Shown here: one piece after another, positions 33,483 to 37,075 of the stretch
Layout: every line of letters begins with the position of its first letter
How positions within the stretch are numbered: the first letter of the stretch is position 1
Assembly (NCBI RefSeq): GCF_006345805.1
Contig: NW_021836801.1
Location: 1 to 37,075 of the forward strand
Reading direction: 5' to 3'
Length of the DNA stretch: 37,075 bases
DNA from: Octopus sinensis
Lineage: Eukaryota
Translations under genes and position numbers: made by a program
The notes under the pieces: generated by a model
What the model saw: only the letters and a program-made list of their open reading frames with translations
Databases searched by the model: none
What the model was told of the DNA's origin: nothing

Positions 33483-34001
33483 ACCACAAAGAAAACACAG
33501 AAGATATTGGGTGTAACGTTTGACACTTTCCTCTGTTTCTCACCTCATGTTGAATCGATCGTGTCAACTTGTATAAAGAAAATCAATTTTGTGAAAGCCT
33601 TTCTTTCGAACTGTGGGAGAACTTGTCCGCCAGGGGTAGAGACCCTTTACAAGCAGTATATCGAGCCAACAATAGGCTATGCATGTGCTGCTTGGGGCTG
33701 TAACCTGGCGGCAACGAACCAACTAAAAATCGAGAAAATCCAAGAAAAATCCATAAACATACTGAAGGACCATACCGACATGAAAATTGTCCATCGAACA
33801 CTGGAGTCTCTTGTAGAGGCAAGTGGGAGGGATCGTGGAGATGGACCACAAGCATTTCACCGTACATACAGAAAGTGTGTGGGGTCACGGTCTGAACATC
33901 GTGAAAAGATGGCTAGACTGTTGAGAAGTGTCGGAATCACCTGAACACGTTAGTTAATGGTTAAGACGGTGATTCTGTTTTTGGCTTAAATAATAATAAT
34001 A
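33483..34001 (+). mobile_element. 5'-truncated LINE 3' end with (TAA)n tail, present only in copy B
   Basis: KILGVTFD..L.FSPHV, LYKQYIEPTIGYACAAWG, KIEKIQ; tail TAATAATAATA near 33991-34001. Empty site GTATTG|ATTAATAGC at 13125-13139 in copy A. Confidence 0.88.
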
Positions 34002-34195
34002 ATTAATAGCTATGAATATTGTCAAAAGTAAAAAACTTGTTCCCAGTACTGAGGCTTTACTTTTCAAACTCAGTGGTTTATTTGTGTTTCATTCAAAATA
34101 GCAAATGGATTGTATAAAAAATGACAATAAGAAAGTTTATTTAGAAATTTTTTATTTGGCTTGGGTCGAAAACAAAAATTAATAATATTAGTTTA

Positions 34196-34736
34196 TTAAC
34201 ATTGAAGGATAAATTCATACATATAGTTCGTTCTGTCATGGAACCCTGTTATAAATAATCATAATAAACACTTTTTCTCATTTTACCACTGTAAACAAAA
34301 CCCATTCTGGTGATTATTGGGATCAAGCCGCTCGTGCAGTCCAACACGATTTGCTGAACTTTTTCCTTTGTAAATTTGCGAATTAAACTTCTCAACAACA
34401 CCTCATACATCCCCTCATTAATTTAATCATCAAAATAAACAAATCTTTTTGACAAAGAATGGTGGCATTTCACTTGCTTAATGACCGCCCTTGTATCAGA
34501 AAATAACCAGCAAGACATGTGCTAACAATCATTTTAAAATTATAACCGCCTGAAGCTCTTCGTAGTGGTAATAACCCAATGTCACTCGGTCAGATATTGA
34601 CTCCTCATCACTCTCATCACATCCAATATCCCCAACCAGCCATTCATAGTTTTTTAGAGTTGGGGAATCTACTGCTTGATTAGAACTCATTTGTACTGTT
34701 CTTTATTTCCCGGACTTTCAAATTTTCTTCAATCAT
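34196..34736 (-). CDS. GNAT-fold acetyltransferase-like protein, 145 aa, copy B
   Basis: Exactly copy A + 20870 with no indels; the only difference is AT>GC (13595-13596 vs 34465-34466), changing Tyr to Cys in VK[Y/C]HH. All splice sites retained. Confidence 0.7.
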
Positions 34737-35009
34737 TTAGTTTTTTAATTGCGGAAATATTCTTTAAGTGGGCTGTGGCTCGTGCGAATTGATTAGACAT
34801 TTTAACTAATTGGTGTTCTCAAATACTTTAATTGATCGGTTCAGTTTTAATAGTTCTGCCTAAAAAATCGAGCTTTTAAAAAATCGTTAAGAGGCGTACT
34901 CTTTTCCTTAGTCCGTTCGGCTTACAATTCAAGAAGGTTAATCTAACACAAATATTTCTTCGATAAACTACCTCCCTCTATTTATAAAACAATTGTGTCA
35001 AAATCGCTA

Positions 35010-36961
35010 CAGTCCGACCCCGAATTGGGGCAAACCACAGGGGTGGAGCACCCTCGGATTTTGGGGCACTTTTTTGGCCAACATTTTGGCAGAGTAAAAT
35101 GAAAACTTGATAAAAAGTACGGAAATTTTGGGGCACTATAAAATTGTAGGGAATGAAATTATAAGTAAATAAAATTATATTTTATTAATAAATACATAAT
35201 TTAAATTTACACGTTTATTTAAATTTTTTTGTTGAAAATGGTTATAAACTACGAAACAAAATAAAGATTGCTAAATTGATATTGAAGAACAAATTATCTG
35301 AAAGACAGATAATTCAAAAATACAAAACTAGTAAAAGCATGATTTCACGAATAAAAAACAATTGTGCCTTTTCTTGAACAAGGAACTGTAAACACGGATG
35401 AAGATCCTATGCCTTATTGTGAGAAATCGAAATTTGATGATCAAGTTTTTGAAATATTTCAGAAACTACGGGAAGATAAAATTCCAATATCAGGTCCTTT
35501 CATAAAGAAAATCGCCTTATATACGGCTTCAAAGATTGGATTTGATTCTTTCAAAGCTTCAAACGGCTGGCTTGACAGATTCAAAAATCGTCATGAACTG
35601 AGATTCAAATCAATTGTGGAGAGAAAAATTCTTATTGAGTTTTTATTTTTGCCAAAAAATACAACACCGTATTTGCAGCCAATAATCAAGACCAGGGGTT
35701 CTCAACCTTTTTAGCTCAAGGGCCAAATCGATAATTAAGATTAGCTTCGCGGGCCGCACAAAAAATATTTTAATATATTTTTATATTTTCCAAGCCGGTA
35801 ACTCGCTTGCAATCCGAAGTGCAGCCACTGCTGATGCGTAATAAGTTTTAGACTCTTTTTTTCTTTTTTTAATTTCCATTTTTTTATAAAGAAATAAAAG
35901 CTAAAAAAATCTACAAAAGACGTTGTATCTAAAAAGAAAATACTATTTGTTTATTAAGTTTTTGAAATCGGAATAAGTAAAGTCGAAGAAGTTCGTAAAA
36001 GCTGACTCAAGTGATTATCCGTGAGCTTGTTACGATATTTATTTTTTATTCGAATCATTTTACTAAATATTGATTCACATAAATATGTAGATTTAAACAT
36101 TGATATATTCATATATGCATTGTATGTTATATTTTTGAATTTGTCTTGAGGAATTAATTCGTAAAAATTAATAATAGACGCATTTTTGAACAATGCCGCC
36201 AGTAAATTAATGAGTTCTAGTTGAATTTTGCAGGCGCATCCTTAATTTCCACGCTGAATAAAGTTGCGAATATTTTCATTAAAGGAAGGAATTCTTTAAA
36301 ATTCTAAAAATTAAATTTATATAAATGTACCCCAAAACGTGCTTCAAATTGATTAATGAAATCACCAATTATGGATATGTTTAACCTTAAGAATGAATAA
36401 TTAAATTTAAACATTATTAAAAAATTAAAAAAGTTAGTTACTCTAGAGGGGCCGCAAAAAAAATCCTGGGGGCCACATGCGGCCCCGGGGGCCGCATTTG
36501 AGAACCGCTGATCAAGACCTTCAAAGATCATTACTCAAATTATCTGATTTGTGCTTTGAGGATGATGGTGATGAATTCAAACGGTCGATAAATAAAATAA
36601 ACCTTCGTCAGGTAATTCTGCTAATTTCTAAACCTGGGAAAAACTTGATCCAAGTTTAATATTTAATTGTTGGGATCAAATTGAAGATTCGTGATTCCGT
36701 AAGAATTGAAGATAGCATTACAGAAGAATTAATCAACAATGCCGTAAACGGAACATTGAATGGTGAAAATGACAAATTCGTCAATAATTTTTATAACGAA
36801 GGTTTAGAAAACTATAAAATGGAAACAATTCTACGAAAAACGCAAGATTCTCTTGATCAGTCAGAGAAGAAAATTTTTCACATATCTCCTGAAATGCTCA
36901 AAGAATTTTACGATTTTCGACTTAATTTTATGAAAAATGTAACAAGTAAAAGGAAAACTGC
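35010..36961 (+). mobile_element. Tigger/pogo element family 2, copy B, interrupted by a hAT derivative
   Basis: TA|CAGTCCGAC at 35010; collinear with 14142-15201; retains ~70 bp between ATTTTGGGGCACT direct repeats that is missing in copy A. Confidence 0.85.
35693..36510 (-). mobile_element. Non-autonomous Buster/SPIN-type hAT element (818 bp)
   Basis: TIRs CAGGGGTTCTCAA and TTGAGAACCGCTG; 8-bp TSD ATCAAGAC (35685-35692, 36511-36518); C-terminal transposase remnant FKSTYLCESIFSKM..KNKYRNKLTDNHL; single ATCAAGAC empty site at 14752-14759. Confidence 0.95.
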
Positions 36962-37075
36962 TGTTTTAGTTTTCTCAAAAAGTTTTTTATACAGTTTTCG
37001 TCAATTTGATCATTTGCGTGAATCAAAAATTTTTATCATCTATTTCTTCTATTTCTATCACTTTCTGTATTACAC

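Larger units (their letters stand above)
31869..37075 (+). repeat. Segmental duplication copy B of 9879-15531, continuing past the window end
   Basis: Collinear blocks Tigger-1, spacer, GNAT gene, Tigger-2, Tigger-3 fragment. 36962-37075 matches 15413-15531 after a ~211-bp deletion of 15202-15412. Confidence 0.95.

Noticed and set aside
1-37075. tRNA, rRNA or prokaryotic operon features
   Set aside because: None seen; the ISXO2-like transposase is the eukaryotic Merlin type and the host genes are spliced.

Overview
AT-rich eukaryotic genomic DNA, mostly nested and decayed transposons, with five host gene loci. The 60-aa ORF track only fragments or misses these genes because ultra-short GT-AG introns split them (23 introns inferred by hand, 22 of them 20-28 nt). 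All five loci are on the minus strand: SLC35B1-like nucleotide-sugar transporter (intact, 321 aa), STARD3/MLN64-like MENTAL+START protein, the C-terminal half of a PCF11-like protein, and two near-identical copies of a 145-aa GNAT-fold acetyltransferase-like gene absent from the ORF track. Animal-type genes with 20-28 nt introns suggest a genome-compacted metazoan parasite such as a myxozoan or dicyemid (inference only). About 9879-15531 is duplicated at 31869-37075 (running off the window), and each copy carries different later insertions: Tc1 in copy A; a LINE 3' end and a hAT derivative in copy B. Mobile elements include a Merlin/ISXO2 transposon with an internal self-duplication, four Tigger/pogo families, an IR/DR Tc1, two Buster/SPIN-type hATs, APE-RT and RTE-like LINEs, and RLE-type non-LTR elements (CRE-like, NeSL/R4-like). 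Frameshifts in STARD3, PCF11 and Merlin are repairable by changing homopolymer lengths, so they may be long-read errors. All family assignments come from motif recognition by eye; no searches were run.
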